From the NCBI GenBank assembly GCA_963665115.1, contig OY762007.1, positions 3,744,001 to 3,808,000 on the forward strand: a stretch of DNA of 64,000 bases. The letters run 5' to 3'. A program made the translations under genes and the position numbers. Every line of letters begins with the position of its first letter. Positions within the stretch are counted from its first letter, which is position 1. The notes beneath the pieces were generated by a model. It made no database searches and was not told where the DNA came from. It was given only the letters and a program-made list of their open reading frames with translations. Below, in pieces: positions 53,778 to 64,000 of this stretch. Source of the DNA: an uncultured Rivularia sp. (lineage in GTDB: Bacteria > Cyanobacteriota > Cyanobacteriia > Cyanobacteriales > Nostocaceae).

Positions 53778-54816
53778 ATGCTGCTATTTATTAAAAGTTT
53801 TGGTCGTTGGGGTAAGGTAAAGTTAAACGAACTATGGAACAGCAATAGCGGTGATTGGCATTGGTTATCTGAAAAGCCGATGCCTATAGCGGGGATTAAC
53901 CGCAAGCTATGGAGGGGTGCGGTACCTTCTTTAACCTTCTATACTTTGCTGGCTTTGTCGGGGGTTATCTCAACTTTTGGATTATTAGCAAATAGTGCAG
54001 CCACTATAATTGGTGCGATGATTATTGCTCCTTTGATGGGGCCGATAATTGCGATCGCCTACAGTATTGTATCAGCAAATCAGCGGCTGTTAAAGCGTTC
54101 GAGCTTTACGCTGATTAAAGGTATATTGCTGACAGTTGTTATTTCTATCGTTATTACTAGGTTAGTTGGTATCAGAACTTTCGGCTCTGAAATCATGGGG
54201 ACGTACTAGCCCGACATTATTAGATTTAGGGGTAGCATTAGCAGCAGGTGCAGCTGGTGGTTTTGCTTTAACTAGACGCAGTATTGCCAATGCTTTGCCG
54301 GGAGTAGCCATTTCTGTTGCTTTAGTTCCACCTTTGAGCGTACTGGGAATTGGTATAGGTATGGGTTCAAACTCCGTCGCAATGGGTTCGGGACTTTTAT
54401 TTATGGCCAACTTAGCTGGTATTATCTTTAGTGGTGCGCTAGTATTTTTAGCTCACAATTACGGTTCTTTTGAAAAAGCCCGTCATGGTTTAGTAATATC
54501 AATTTTCTCCTTGATAATACTTGCTTTACCATTAGGCTTTTCTTTGGAAACGTTTTTAGTTAAGGAACATACTCGTCGTAGTGTTGAGTATTTACTTTTC
54601 CGTCAAACCGATGCGTTTTCACGTTCGGATATTAGAAGAATTGAAGTTGAACAAGAAGGTGAAAAGTTGATAGTTGATATGGAAATAGCCGCTCCATTAA
54701 ATTCGTTTACACAGCAACAGGTGCAGTTAGTTCAAAAAATCTTACAAGATGATTTGAAAAAGCCGCTAACTTTGAACGTAAAAGTTATTCCCACTCAGCA
54801 ATATACTGCTGATTAG
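53778..54816 (+). CDS. DUF389 family membrane protein, split by a +1 frameshift at 54197-54200
   Basis: NSAATIIGAMIIAPLMGPI and RTSPTLLDLGVALAAG...LPGVAISVALVPPL. Deleting one G gives EIMGRTSP, about 345 aa. Confidence 0.85.
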
Positions 54817-54819
54817 ATC

Positions 54820-55521
54820 GTGCAACGAATCACTATTACCCCCAATCAAATTCAAGATAAGCAAATAACCCTCACTTCACAACAACAGCATTATTTGTAT
54901 CGAGTATTACGGCTGCAAAAAGGTGATAATTTTATTGCGATGGATGGAATGGGTAAATGGTGGTTATCTCAACTTGATAATACTAACGCACTAATATTAC
55001 AGCAATTAACAGTTGAAACCGAATTACCAATAGCAGTTACCTTGATAGTGGCGTTACCCAAAGGAAACGGATTTGATGATATAGTCCGTTGTTGTACTGA
55101 ATTAGGTGTTACCTGTATTGCTCCAGTAATTAGCGATCGCACTTTATTAAAACCCAGTTCCCAAAAGCTTGAACGTTGGGGAAGAATAGCCCGAGAAGCA
55201 GCGGAGCAATCGGAAAGAACTAAGGTACCCCAAATATTAGAACCAGTTGCTTTTAGTAAAAGCGTTGTATCATTTACTAACTTTGAAAAATATATCTGTG
55301 TTGCTCGTGGAGATTCCCCTCATTTACTCCACTGCTTGCAAAATCAAGACAATAGACAAGTTGTAATTGCTACGGGTGCGGAAGGTGGATGGACGGAAAA
55401 AGAAGTTGAAATTGCGCTACAAAATGGCTTCAAAACAGCTTCGTTAGGTCGTCGTATCCTCCGCGCAGTTACAGCACCAATTGTCGTCATGTCCCTAATT
55501 TCCGCAGTAAGTGAAGTATAA
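54820..55521 (+). CDS. rsmE: 16S rRNA m3U1498 methyltransferase
   Basis: HYLYRVLRL, CTELGV, EAAEQSER, GAEGGWT..E, LGRRILRAVTA. Confidence 0.92.
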   Translation: MQRITITPNQIQDKQITLTSQQQHYLYRVLRLQKGDNFIAMDGMGKWWLSQLDNTNALILQQLTVETELPIAVTLIVALPKGNGFDDIVRCCTELGVTCIAPVISDRTLLKPSSQKLERWGRIAREAAEQSERTKVPQILEPVAFSKSVVSFTNFEKYICVARGDSPHLLHCLQNQDNRQVVIATGAEGGWTEKEVEIALQNGFKTASLGRRILRAVTAPIVVMSLISAVSEV

Positions 55522-55637
55522 AGGAATTGGGAATGGGTAGTTGGTAATTGGTAATTGGTAATTGGGAAAATTTTAACCTTTAACCTCAATTCCTAATTTT
55601 TTTAATCTAAAATCTAAAATCTAAAATCTAAAATTCG

Positions 55638-56720
55638 ATGATGATGATTGACAAAGTTGCATCTGCATTTGAAAAAAAAGATTATCGTACAGCGGCAAAT
55701 TTATTAAAACAGTTATTAAAAGAGTCTCCCGATAATCATGAAGTACAGCTTTATGTAGGAAAACTGCATGAAGTGTCTGGGAAGCATGAAAAAGCCGAAA
55801 AAGTTTATCGTCAACTCTTGCGTGATAGTAATAATAACAAGATAATTACCCAGGCACGTCAAGGTTTGCAACGGTTAGAGCAAATAGAAGAGCAACAGCG
55901 AAAAGATGCGATTTCTCAAGCCAAATCAAACCCCGAAAATCAAGAAGCTGCCGTATTAATTTTGCAACCCATTGCATCGGAATTAAAGAAAGAAGCAGCG
56001 CAAAAATTGGCTCAAATCGTAGGAATAGACGCTTATACCGCCAGATTATCGTTACCCAGTCGGGGTTGGCGGTTGTATCGTAGCGGTGCTTTGGGAGAAT
56101 TAAAATTTTATGGAGAGCAGTTATCTAATTCCGGTATTCCCTGTTTTTGGACACCATTAACTAAAGTTAACCAAATAGAAATTTTTCACGTTCATTATTT
56201 AAAGGATTTTGCCACTAAGGCCACTGCTGTATGTGAAAATAAAGATAAGCAACTTGGTTCCTTAGTATTTGAATGGTCGGAAGTTACAGCGCAAGTTCAA
56301 GGATTGTTGCCAATTTTTGAAGAAGTTGTAGATTTGAACGCACGAGGTAAATTACAACGCAAAACCCAAACTCAAGATTACTTCCACTTTTGCGATTTAC
56401 ATATACCCAGTCGAAACTGTATTTTACGACTTTACGACAACGGTTATAAGTTCCACAAAGGAGTTGCACTATCTCCTCAAACTAGTCAAAACACTATTAG
56501 AATCAACTGGAATAATTTAGTAAATTTTCTCAAGACTAAATTACCACAAGTAAAAATTTGGTCTGATTTTACCTGCTTTGCCGAAACAATGCTCGATCAA
56601 ACCGAAGTCTTACATAAAATTGAATCACACATTCACATATTTCGTAGAGAAAAAACTAGTTGGGATAAAGCTTTTCAGCTATATAGCAGTTTGGTTTTTG
56701 TGAAAGACAGTAATGAGTAG
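55638..56720 (+). CDS. TPR-containing conserved cyanobacterial protein
   Basis: N-terminal TPR-like helices (AFEKKDYRTAANLLKQL...AEKVYRQLL). Confidence 0.7.
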   Translation: MMMIDKVASAFEKKDYRTAANLLKQLLKESPDNHEVQLYVGKLHEVSGKHEKAEKVYRQLLRDSNNNKIITQARQGLQRLEQIEEQQRKDAISQAKSNPENQEAAVLILQPIASELKKEAAQKLAQIVGIDAYTARLSLPSRGWRLYRSGALGELKFYGEQLSNSGIPCFWTPLTKVNQIEIFHVHYLKDFATKATAVCENKDKQLGSLVFEWSEVTAQVQGLLPIFEEVVDLNARGKLQRKTQTQDYFHFCDLHIPSRNCILRLYDNGYKFHKGVALSPQTSQNTIRINWNNLVNFLKTKLPQVKIWSDFTCFAETMLDQTEVLHKIESHIHIFRREKTSWDKAFQLYSSLVFVKDSNE

Positions 56721-56775
56721 TGGGTAAGATAGCAGATACAGTTTGATTGAAAATACGCTGTAAAAATAAAGATTT

Positions 56776-56846
56776 TTTGTAGGGTGTGTTACGGCTTCGA
56801 TACCTATTCGGGTTAAGAGAAATATAGCGCAAGTCGTAACGCACCA
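56776..56846. repeat. GTAG-type REP-like hairpin family (GTAGrGTGTGTtACG...CGTaACGCACCA); copies also at ~56894-56961, 57669-57714 and 63753-63825
   Basis: Conserved inverted arms with variable loops, located at gene 3' ends. Confidence 0.6.
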
Positions 56847-56970
56847 TTTTCATATCGGGTTATATTGAGATAATAATAATTAATTAATCTCGGATGGTGG
56901 GTTAAACCTATAAAAATTATCATTTAAATTAATAAACAATCGTGCGTTTAAAACACCTTATAATCTAAGT

Positions 56971-57303
56971 TTATTTCATTGGATCGTGTCCCCAATTCAT
57001 TAAAGAAAAACGCCAAGGAGTATCTTCAATATCACCATCTGGCTTTTGTGCGGAATGACGATGAACGTAACTAACAACTTTCCTCATGTGAGATACATCA
57101 TCATCTGTATAATCATCTTTTTTCTTTTGCAAAATATCGATGATGCGCTTACCAGATTTATGTCCTTTTGATTCATCATCGCCGTCATCTTTTTGTCCAA
57201 CCGATTTAGAATCCTCAGTTTTCAACCAAGATTCCAATTGTTTAGCCGTCATATTAACAGCATCATCAAACTCTTTAATTACTGTTTCTTTATCCTTACT
57301 CAT
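56971..57303 (-). CDS. DUF3140 family protein
   Basis: VNMTAKQLESWL...HMRKVVSYVHRH...WRFSLMNWGHDP. Confidence 0.85.
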   Translation of the reverse strand: MSKDKETVIKEFDDAVNMTAKQLESWLKTEDSKSVGQKDDGDDESKGHKSGKRIIDILQKKKDDYTDDDVSHMRKVVSYVHRHSAQKPDGDIEDTPWRFSLMNWGHDPMK

Positions 57304-57323
57304 TATTCATTAATTTATATCTA

Positions 57324-57539
57324 TTAATCGTCAACTTTATCTAAAGACTCAGGCTTGTGAGCAGCTTCCTTCCCACTTTTTTCGCTTTCAACTAAATATT
57401 CAGGATTATCTTTTGAAGCTGCAACATGATGTCCTTTAATATCTGTTTCAGAAGTCAACTTCTTTTTTACTTCACCAGTTGTTTTACCTTGGGCGGTATT
57501 CCATTCGACTTTATCGCCTTTTTTTAATTCTTCGCTCAT
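57324..57539 (-). CDS. DUF2945 / HVA1-like Tudor small protein
   Basis: KKGDKVEWN...ASKDNPEYLVESEKSGKEAAHKPESL. Confidence 0.8.
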   Translation of the reverse strand: MSEELKKGDKVEWNTAQGKTTGEVKKKLTSETDIKGHHVAASKDNPEYLVESEKSGKEAAHKPESLDKVDD

Positions 57540-57858
57540 CTGATTTCTATGATTTATATTGCAATTTTCTTACATACATATTTTAAGTACGGTAGCAAAA
57601 AAATCATCATCCTACAGACATCATTCTGTAGATAGATGAAAAAAATGCAATCAACCACTCATCTGAGATGGTGCGTTAAAGGGATAAATAATCGTGCGTT
57701 TAACACACCTTACTAATCATACAAAAATATTACGTTATTCTAATAGATAAAAAGACGTAGCACTGCTACGTCTCTACAAATTACGTTAACCTATTTATAA
57801 TTTATTAGTTATCACTTAAAAAATAATTGATAACTGTTAACTGCTAACTGCTCGCGGT

Positions 57859-59463
57859 TCAAAATACTTCCAAAGGCAAATGATGCAATCCTTTCATATT
57901 TGCCAAAATACTCGCAGCTTTTTCAATCAAATCGACATTGCCATTTAAAACATCATTGTGAGTCATATTGTGAATATAATCGGGAATTACTCCAGAATCT
58001 TCCAACGGTAAACCACTTTTATTTCCTACACGAATTGAACGTTTAACAGCCATTCTTATTTGGGCATTTCTAGGTAAAGGAGAAAAACCTAAAGGATGGA
58101 ATAGATCGTAATATTCCCAAACATTTGCACCACCAGCACCAGTACTTTCACTAGTCCCAAGAATTGGTCCTATATTATTATCTTGGAATCCTGCTGCAAA
58201 AATATCTGTAGTGCCATAACACAAAGCATCGGTTATCAAAATAGTGGGGCCTAAATACTTTCTTCCGTATTGATTAATCTCATCAATATAATAAGAATGT
58301 CCACCAATCGGATGTCCCGAAGAATAAACAGTACCAGTATCGATAGAACCCTCAATCGAACTTTTCCAAGGCTCCTGAGCTAATTTTAGAGTTGTCGGAG
58401 TATTAATAAACTGAAATAATTCTGGTTGAATTCTATCAGCACTAAATAGCTGAAGCATCATTTCGCCAGCTTCAATATATCCACCACTATTACCGCGAAC
58501 ATCAAATATTAAACCATCTCTAGGTAGCTGTTCTAAAACACGAATCAAATCTTGAATAAATTTTTGTCTATCGTAAATCATAAAGCTGTGAATTCGGATA
58601 TAGCCAAATTCACCATGAGAAGTATTACAAATACTCCATTGAAAATCAGTTTCATAAAATGTTTGATTATCCTGTTTAGAATTTGAAGCAAACAAACCCT
58701 TCTTAATTTTTTGTAGTTTTGCAGCTTCAAAATCAATACCTAAAGAACCATAAGCCTTTAAATTAGAAACAGTTTGATTATTTGTTTGAGCTTGAGTTTC
58801 CGGTAAATTCCAGGTTTGCCATTGAAAACGATGTTCGTAATGTTCTTGGTTTTTCGTAATATAAGAAATATACAGCCATTCTTCATCAGGAATCAAATAT
58901 TTACTTCCCGATCGCAACGTTAGAGAATTTAAACCATGAATCCTCCGGGTGTTTTCATTACTTACATAAGTTCGTAACCCATTTAACTCAATAGCACGTT
59001 CAATTGGTACACCATTCCAATGAGTTACTATGACTCCTTTTTCCAAACTTTCGTGTTCAAAATCTTCATTTACATGAGAAACAATGTAATACCTTTGATC
59101 GTTTTCATAAAACTCCTCAATCGTAAAAGGTAAAATAAAATTGATCGATTGATAAGGCATCGGAGGCACATAAACTGTATGCAAGTCTCTCAACTCTGTA
59201 AATATGCCAATCATTTCCTGCTGAAAATCAAGTTCGTTCATCTTTACCAAACGATACTTCAGCAGCTTCAAACGCTGTACTGGATCTATCGCATTTCTAG
59301 CTCGTTTCAAAGGTAAATGAACGTATATATTCTCAATAAAACTCAAAGCTTGGTTAACAATCTCTTCCCTTTCTTCTCTAATCGATTGCTCAATAATGTG
59401 TTTCTTCTGATCTTCCGTCAATCCCATCGAAGCGACTACATTATCCAATTTATAGTCAGCCAT
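57859..59463 (-). CDS. S41-family (tail-specific protease-like) peptidase
   Basis: LRDLHT, GYIRIHSF, GLIFDVRGNSGG, TDALCYGTTDIFA, TGAGGA, LEDSGVIPD. Confidence 0.8.
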   Translation of the reverse strand: MADYKLDNVVASMGLTEDQKKHIIEQSIREEREEIVNQALSFIENIYVHLPLKRARNAIDPVQRLKLLKYRLVKMNELDFQQEMIGIFTELRDLHTVYVPPMPYQSINFILPFTIEEFYENDQRYYIVSHVNEDFEHESLEKGVIVTHWNGVPIERAIELNGLRTYVSNENTRRIHGLNSLTLRSGSKYLIPDEEWLYISYITKNQEHYEHRFQWQTWNLPETQAQTNNQTVSNLKAYGSLGIDFEAAKLQKIKKGLFASNSKQDNQTFYETDFQWSICNTSHGEFGYIRIHSFMIYDRQKFIQDLIRVLEQLPRDGLIFDVRGNSGGYIEAGEMMLQLFSADRIQPELFQFINTPTTLKLAQEPWKSSIEGSIDTGTVYSSGHPIGGHSYYIDEINQYGRKYLGPTILITDALCYGTTDIFAAGFQDNNIGPILGTSESTGAGGANVWEYYDLFHPLGFSPLPRNAQIRMAVKRSIRVGNKSGLPLEDSGVIPDYIHNMTHNDVLNGNVDLIEKAASILANMKGLHHLPLEVF

Positions 59464-59843
59464 AGTAATTAAACTCCTTACAACCTATGTCAGAAAGAAT
59501 ACCGCTATTGTTACACAAACTGTTTTTTTAATGTAAAAATTTAAACATATTTACGATTGCGTTTAGGCTGTTAGTGTTGCAATACGCAATCCTTTAATTT
59601 CTCTGTGGGTAGAATTTTTGTACGAAATAGCAAATCGTGAAGATTGAATCAATGTGCTAAAACTTATCGGTACCCACTAGGGACTTACGCAAAGCCCCTT
59701 TTTAGGGGGGTTGGGGGATCTAAGGATCTGAATCCAGGGATACTAGTTTTCTCGTTCCGGTTGCGTAAATCATAATGATTCAAATAGAACATAAATACTA
59801 TATAATATTGTTATTCTCAAAAGAATAATTCGATCGTAATTAT

Positions 59844-62800
59844 ATGTATTCCGAATTGCTTCAACCCGGTGATTTGCAACCTTTTATTGATCGTTCAGAA
59901 AGTTTAATAAATCAAACTTTAGAATTTCAACTTGCTATAGCAAACTATTTACAAACCCCGCGTCAACTTTTGGAGATATTAGCGAATCAAAGCCCTTATC
60001 CACAAGTTGTAGAAGCTGCAAAATTACACGTTAACTTAGCGGGAGAAATAGGAGAAAACTGGCGAGAAGTTGTAGAAGTAGCAATCAAAAATGCACCGTT
60101 AGAACAAAACGATAGATTAGTTGCAGAGCTATTGAAAATTGCACCAGTACCAGAATGTTTGATAAGCGAATGGATACCGGGACATCGATTAATAGAGGGT
60201 TTAGAAAATCCTTATTTAGCCAAAGAAGACAAAGTTAGATTACTGGAAAGATTGGGTAAATCGACAATAATTGAAGAACGATTGAAAGCAGCAGCACATC
60301 CAGATACACCCAGAGAAACATTAGAAATATTAGCGGGTGATTTAGAATTACCGATTCGGATAGCTGTGAAGTATCGGGATGATTGTTTTGATCATGCGAT
60401 CGCAATTATTGAAAGTCAGCATGAAATAGCATCCGACTGGGAAACCCTAGCGCTAGAGTTAATGGAATTAGCTGGGAGTAAGTGGAGTTGGATACGACAA
60501 GCGGTTGCGAGGAATTTTAATGCTCCCGTAGAGGTGTTGAGGGAGTTAGCAGGGGATGAAGAGGAGAAAGTTCAGTTTGCTGTTGCTTTTAATCTTGCTA
60601 CACCCGGAGATGTGCTTGATTTATTGGTAAATCATTATTACGGAGAAATAACAGAAACTATTGCTAAGCATCCTAATGCTTCGGAGGATGCTTTAATTAA
60701 ATTGCTTCCTCAATACAACTTTTGCATTTATCAAAGACCAAATCTACCTGCTGGAGTTTTAGCAGAGTTAATAAACTACGAGGAGGAAAAATGTGATAGA
60801 TATAGAGAGTTCATTATTGAGAATTCTAACTCTCCCGGTTCGACTTTAGCTAAAATTCTTGATTCACCTGGATACGATATACGCGATATTGCTGGCGAAA
60901 AACGTAAAATTGCTAATCATCCGAATATATTAGTTAGTACATTAGAACAACTTGCTCAAGATTCTTCTCCTTCAGTACGACTTGCTGTTTATCAGAATCC
61001 GAAAACACCGGAAAATCTTAGAAATCAGCTTTTAGAAGAGTTTTTTAACTTTGACAAGAATCAATTTTTAGCTAAAGAATGGAATAATAAAGTTACATCT
61101 GAAAGTATTTGGAAAGGTATAGCTGAATCGGAAAATACTTCTGCTTCGGTTTTAGAAAAATTGGCTGATTTAGTAGATTTGGATTGGGAAAATAATCTTG
61201 GGGAAAATATTGCAATAGCGATCGCTTTGATAGGTAATCCCAATACACCAGTATCAATTCGAGAAAAACTGACAGAGGAACTTAAATCAATCTCGAATCC
61301 AGAAGAAAATATTCTTAATTGGAAAATATATTTAGCTTTAGCTCTTAATTCAGCAATTCCAGAAGAACAAAGAGAAGAGTATTTTCAGTTAATTATTGAT
61401 AGTGGTGATTATAGAGGGATTGAACATTTAGCTTATAATTCCAAAACACCACCTCATATTTTGGAAGATTTAGCAAAAGATATATGTATAACATATGCAG
61501 TAGCTCAAAATCCGAGTACTCCTGTAGATATTTTATGTGAATTAAGCAAGCATGAGCGGGAATCGATTCGTCAGGATGTTGCTAAAAATTCTTCAACCCC
61601 TCCCGAGATAATTTTAGAACTAACTTTTACAGAAGAAGGTATTGAAGCACCAAGAACTTATAATCATAGAACTCATAATTCAGAAGATTGGGGTCTATTT
61701 TGGTTTAAATATCCCAATATGCCGATTATAGAATTGTATCGCATCCAATTAAAGAAAGAATTTGAATTTGAGTTTAGTCAAACAGAAGAATACATACTAC
61801 ATAAAATCAATCAAGTTACTCAATTTATAACTTATATAGCTAAACATGGTCATGTAAAACATCGAAGACAACTTGCTTTAAGAACAAATACACCTATCCA
61901 TATTCTAGAACAGTTAGTTGAAGACGATGATGTTGAAGTTCGTCTAAAAATAGATTTAAGTAGATTTAAGAATAACCTTCCTATTTTACTAAAACTTAGT
62001 AGACATTCAGATGTGCGGATAAGAAGAAAGTTAATTAGCTCTGATGAAGAAACACCTGCTGAAATTTTAGAAATACTCAAGCATGATGAAGCGGAAGAAA
62101 TTAAGTTATCACTAGCCAGAAATGAGAAAAATCCAGTTGATATTTTATATCAACTTGCAAAAGATTCAAGTGATAAAGTTAAACAAGCAATAGCCGAAAA
62201 TCCAATTACTCCAATAGATATTTTAATTTACCTTTCAAATAACTCTAGCAGTGAAGTTAAACAAAAAATAGCCGAAAATTCTAAAACCCCAGTAGATATT
62301 TTAGAAAAATTATGGAGAGAAGATAAAATATTTTCTCTTAAAAATTACAACACACCCAGCCATATTGTTGGAGAAAAAATAGCTGAAACTTATGATAGTG
62401 AGGTTTTGAGACAAATTTTAGACGGTCATTTTGGAACTTATCACAATGTACCTGCTAGTAGTTTAGAAAAATTAGCATCACATAGAAAGAACTTAATTCG
62501 TTGTGATGTAGCTGAACATCCCAATACACCAGTTAGCGCTTTAGAAAAGTTAGTAAATGAAGAATATTGTGTAACTCATTGGAGATTAGCATTAAACCCT
62601 AACACACCTCCTCGCTTACTAAAACTTCTTTTTAAAAAGTGGCAATATTGTAATGGAAAGTATGATTCAGAACTTTGTCGTCATCTTGCTTGGAATAAAA
62701 ATTCACCAGCTAGTATTCTGAAACACTTAGCAAATAGTTCATATTCAGAAATTCGTGTAAATGTTGCAGTAAATCCGAAAACACCTTTATCAATTTTGAA

Positions 62801-63758
62801 AAGATTTGCGATGGAAGAAACTCATGAATCTATTTTGAAATACTTAACCGATAATCCCAATCTTAATCACGAAATAGTAGATTTATTGGCAAAAAATCCA
62901 AATACCAAAGCTCGTCTATACGCTATAGAATCTTCTCACCTTTCATTTAAAACATTAATTCAATTAGCAAGAGATGAATCAGCAGAAGTTCGTGAAAAAA
63001 TAGCAATATTTTCAAATATTAACGTAAAGATATATCGTCCTTCGCCTAAATTCGATGATTATCACGATATAGTAATTAGAATAATCAAACATCCAAATCT
63101 TCCCCTTGAAGTTTGGCTAGAATTAGCTACAGATTCTGAAACTAAAGTACGTCTTGCTGTCGCTTCTAATATCACTATTTCAGCTACAATTATCGAATTA
63201 CTCGCTTCAGATGAATCACCAAAAGTTCGAGAAAAATTAATATCCCGCAATCAAAATATTTGTATCAACATTCTCGAAAGATTATCTCGTGATATTTCTC
63301 CTAACGTTCGTCAAGCTGTCGCAAAACATCCAAATACATCAATATATTTATTAGATCAACTAGCAATAGATAATAATAAAGAAATATCCCAAGCAATTAT
63401 CAAAAATCCCAAAACACCGCTTAATCTAAAATGCACTTTGCAAGAAAGACTTCGAGTAAACGAAAATCCGACTTTAAAAGGAATCACACGTTTATATAAA
63501 CCTGACAATGATTTACCAACCTTGTTATCAGAATATATTCAATCATCAGTACCTTTTGTCAGATTCATCTCTTTAATGCATCCTTTAATTCCAGATAAAT
63601 TTCTTGAGCAATATTCCCAATCTTTATTATGGTGGGAACGATATGCTATTGCTATTAATTTTTCTACACCTTTAGAAATTCTGGAAAAATTAACAGAAGA
63701 TTGCAATTATCTTGTTAAAGCTGCTGCTGAAGATGTTTATAAGAATAATTTTTTGTAG
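59844..63758 (+). CDS. Leucine-rich-variant/HEAT repeat protein
   Basis: Many ~24-aa repeats of the form A.NPNTP...LE.LA.D....VR..VA. Confidence 0.85.
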   Translation: MYSELLQPGDLQPFIDRSESLINQTLEFQLAIANYLQTPRQLLEILANQSPYPQVVEAAKLHVNLAGEIGENWREVVEVAIKNAPLEQNDRLVAELLKIAPVPECLISEWIPGHRLIEGLENPYLAKEDKVRLLERLGKSTIIEERLKAAAHPDTPRETLEILAGDLELPIRIAVKYRDDCFDHAIAIIESQHEIASDWETLALELMELAGSKWSWIRQAVARNFNAPVEVLRELAGDEEEKVQFAVAFNLATPGDVLDLLVNHYYGEITETIAKHPNASEDALIKLLPQYNFCIYQRPNLPAGVLAELINYEEEKCDRYREFIIENSNSPGSTLAKILDSPGYDIRDIAGEKRKIANHPNILVSTLEQLAQDSSPSVRLAVYQNPKTPENLRNQLLEEFFNFDKNQFLAKEWNNKVTSESIWKGIAESENTSASVLEKLADLVDLDWENNLGENIAIAIALIGNPNTPVSIREKLTEELKSISNPEENILNWKIYLALALNSAIPEEQREEYFQLIIDSGDYRGIEHLAYNSKTPPHILEDLAKDICITYAVAQNPSTPVDILCELSKHERESIRQDVAKNSSTPPEIILELTFTEEGIEAPRTYNHRTHNSEDWGLFWFKYPNMPIIELYRIQLKKEFEFEFSQTEEYILHKINQVTQFITYIAKHGHVKHRRQLALRTNTPIHILEQLVEDDDVEVRLKIDLSRFKNNLPILLKLSRHSDVRIRRKLISSDEETPAEILEILKHDEAEEIKLSLARNEKNPVDILYQLAKDSSDKVKQAIAENPITPIDILIYLSNNSSSEVKQKIAENSKTPVDILEKLWREDKIFSLKNYNTPSHIVGEKIAETYDSEVLRQILDGHFGTYHNVPASSLEKLASHRKNLIRCDVAEHPNTPVSALEKLVNEEYCVTHWRLALNPNTPPRLLKLLFKKWQYCNGKYDSELCRHLAWNKNSPASILKHLANSSYSEIRVNVAVNPKTPLSILKRFAMEETHESILKYLTDNPNLNHEIVDLLAKNPNTKARLYAIESSHLSFKTLIQLARDESAEVREKIAIFSNINVKIYRPSPKFDDYHDIVIRIIKHPNLPLEVWLELATDSETKVRLAVASNITISATIIELLASDESPKVREKLISRNQNICINILERLSRDISPNVRQAVAKHPNTSIYLLDQLAIDNNKEISQAIIKNPKTPLNLKCTLQERLRVNENPTLKGITRLYKPDNDLPTLLSEYIQSSVPFVRFISLMHPLIPDKFLEQYSQSLLWWERYAIAINFSTPLEILEKLTEDCNYLVKAAAEDVYKNNFL

Positions 63759-63856
63759 AGTGTGTGACGCTCTCAAAAAACTTTAACAATTCACGAAATA
63801 ATGATATTCATAGCGTCACGCACCATTAAGCTGATAATATTCCAATTACTAATAAC

Positions 63857-64000
63857 ATGAAACTCGAAACCGAACAACTTTTAGGAACTTTAGAAGTATT
63901 AAACGAGCATTTATATAAAACCTTCTTTTGGGATGCTTCAACTCAAGGTGAATTTAACGTTTGGAATTTAATTAAATTTGAAAAACTAGTAGAACCTGTG
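63857..64000 (+). CDS. Hypothetical protein, truncated by the window end
   Basis: Open frame MKLETEQLLGTLEVLNEHLYKTFFWDAS... runs to the window edge. Confidence 0.5.
   Translation, partial: MKLETEQLLGTLEVLNEHLYKTFFWDASTQGEFNVWNLIKFEKLVEPV

Noticed and set aside
1454..61225. Frequent GCGATCGC octamers as a novel repeat
   Set aside because: This is the well-known cyanobacterial HIP1 sequence and is useful only as a taxonomic clue.

Overview
AT-rich chromosome segment of a heterocyst-forming (Nostocales-type) cyanobacterium, judged from many HIP1 GCGATCGC octamers, heptamer STRR repeats and a hetC-hetP locus. The left ~38 kb is a mostly minus-strand secretion/glycosylation island. It contains hetC with an NtcA box, a HetR box, an unknown ORF and hetP. 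It also has two PpiC/SurA-type foldases, a cNMP-C39-ABC peptide exporter plus HlyD, and four tandem near-identical 96-aa double-glycine precursors. Next come a GT41 (O-GlcNAc transferase-like) and two GT2 enzymes with related TPR modules, two RTX proteins, a CDP-sugar tailoring set and a PEP-CTERM protein. An IS607-type TnpB-only element interrupts the island. The best candidate for an undescribed system is export of glycosylated, beta-strand/amyloid-like GG-leader peptides that share their leader motif with HetP (inference). The right part is mostly housekeeping: GH116, hisD, DUF760, a group 2 sigma factor, carB, probable 6S RNA, dps, a 2Fe-2S protein, DUF389, rsmE, an S41 peptidase and an LRV/HEAT protein. 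MITEs and REP-like hairpins are scattered throughout. Five frameshifts in four otherwise intact genes may be sequencing errors. All family calls come from motif recognition by eye; no searches were run.
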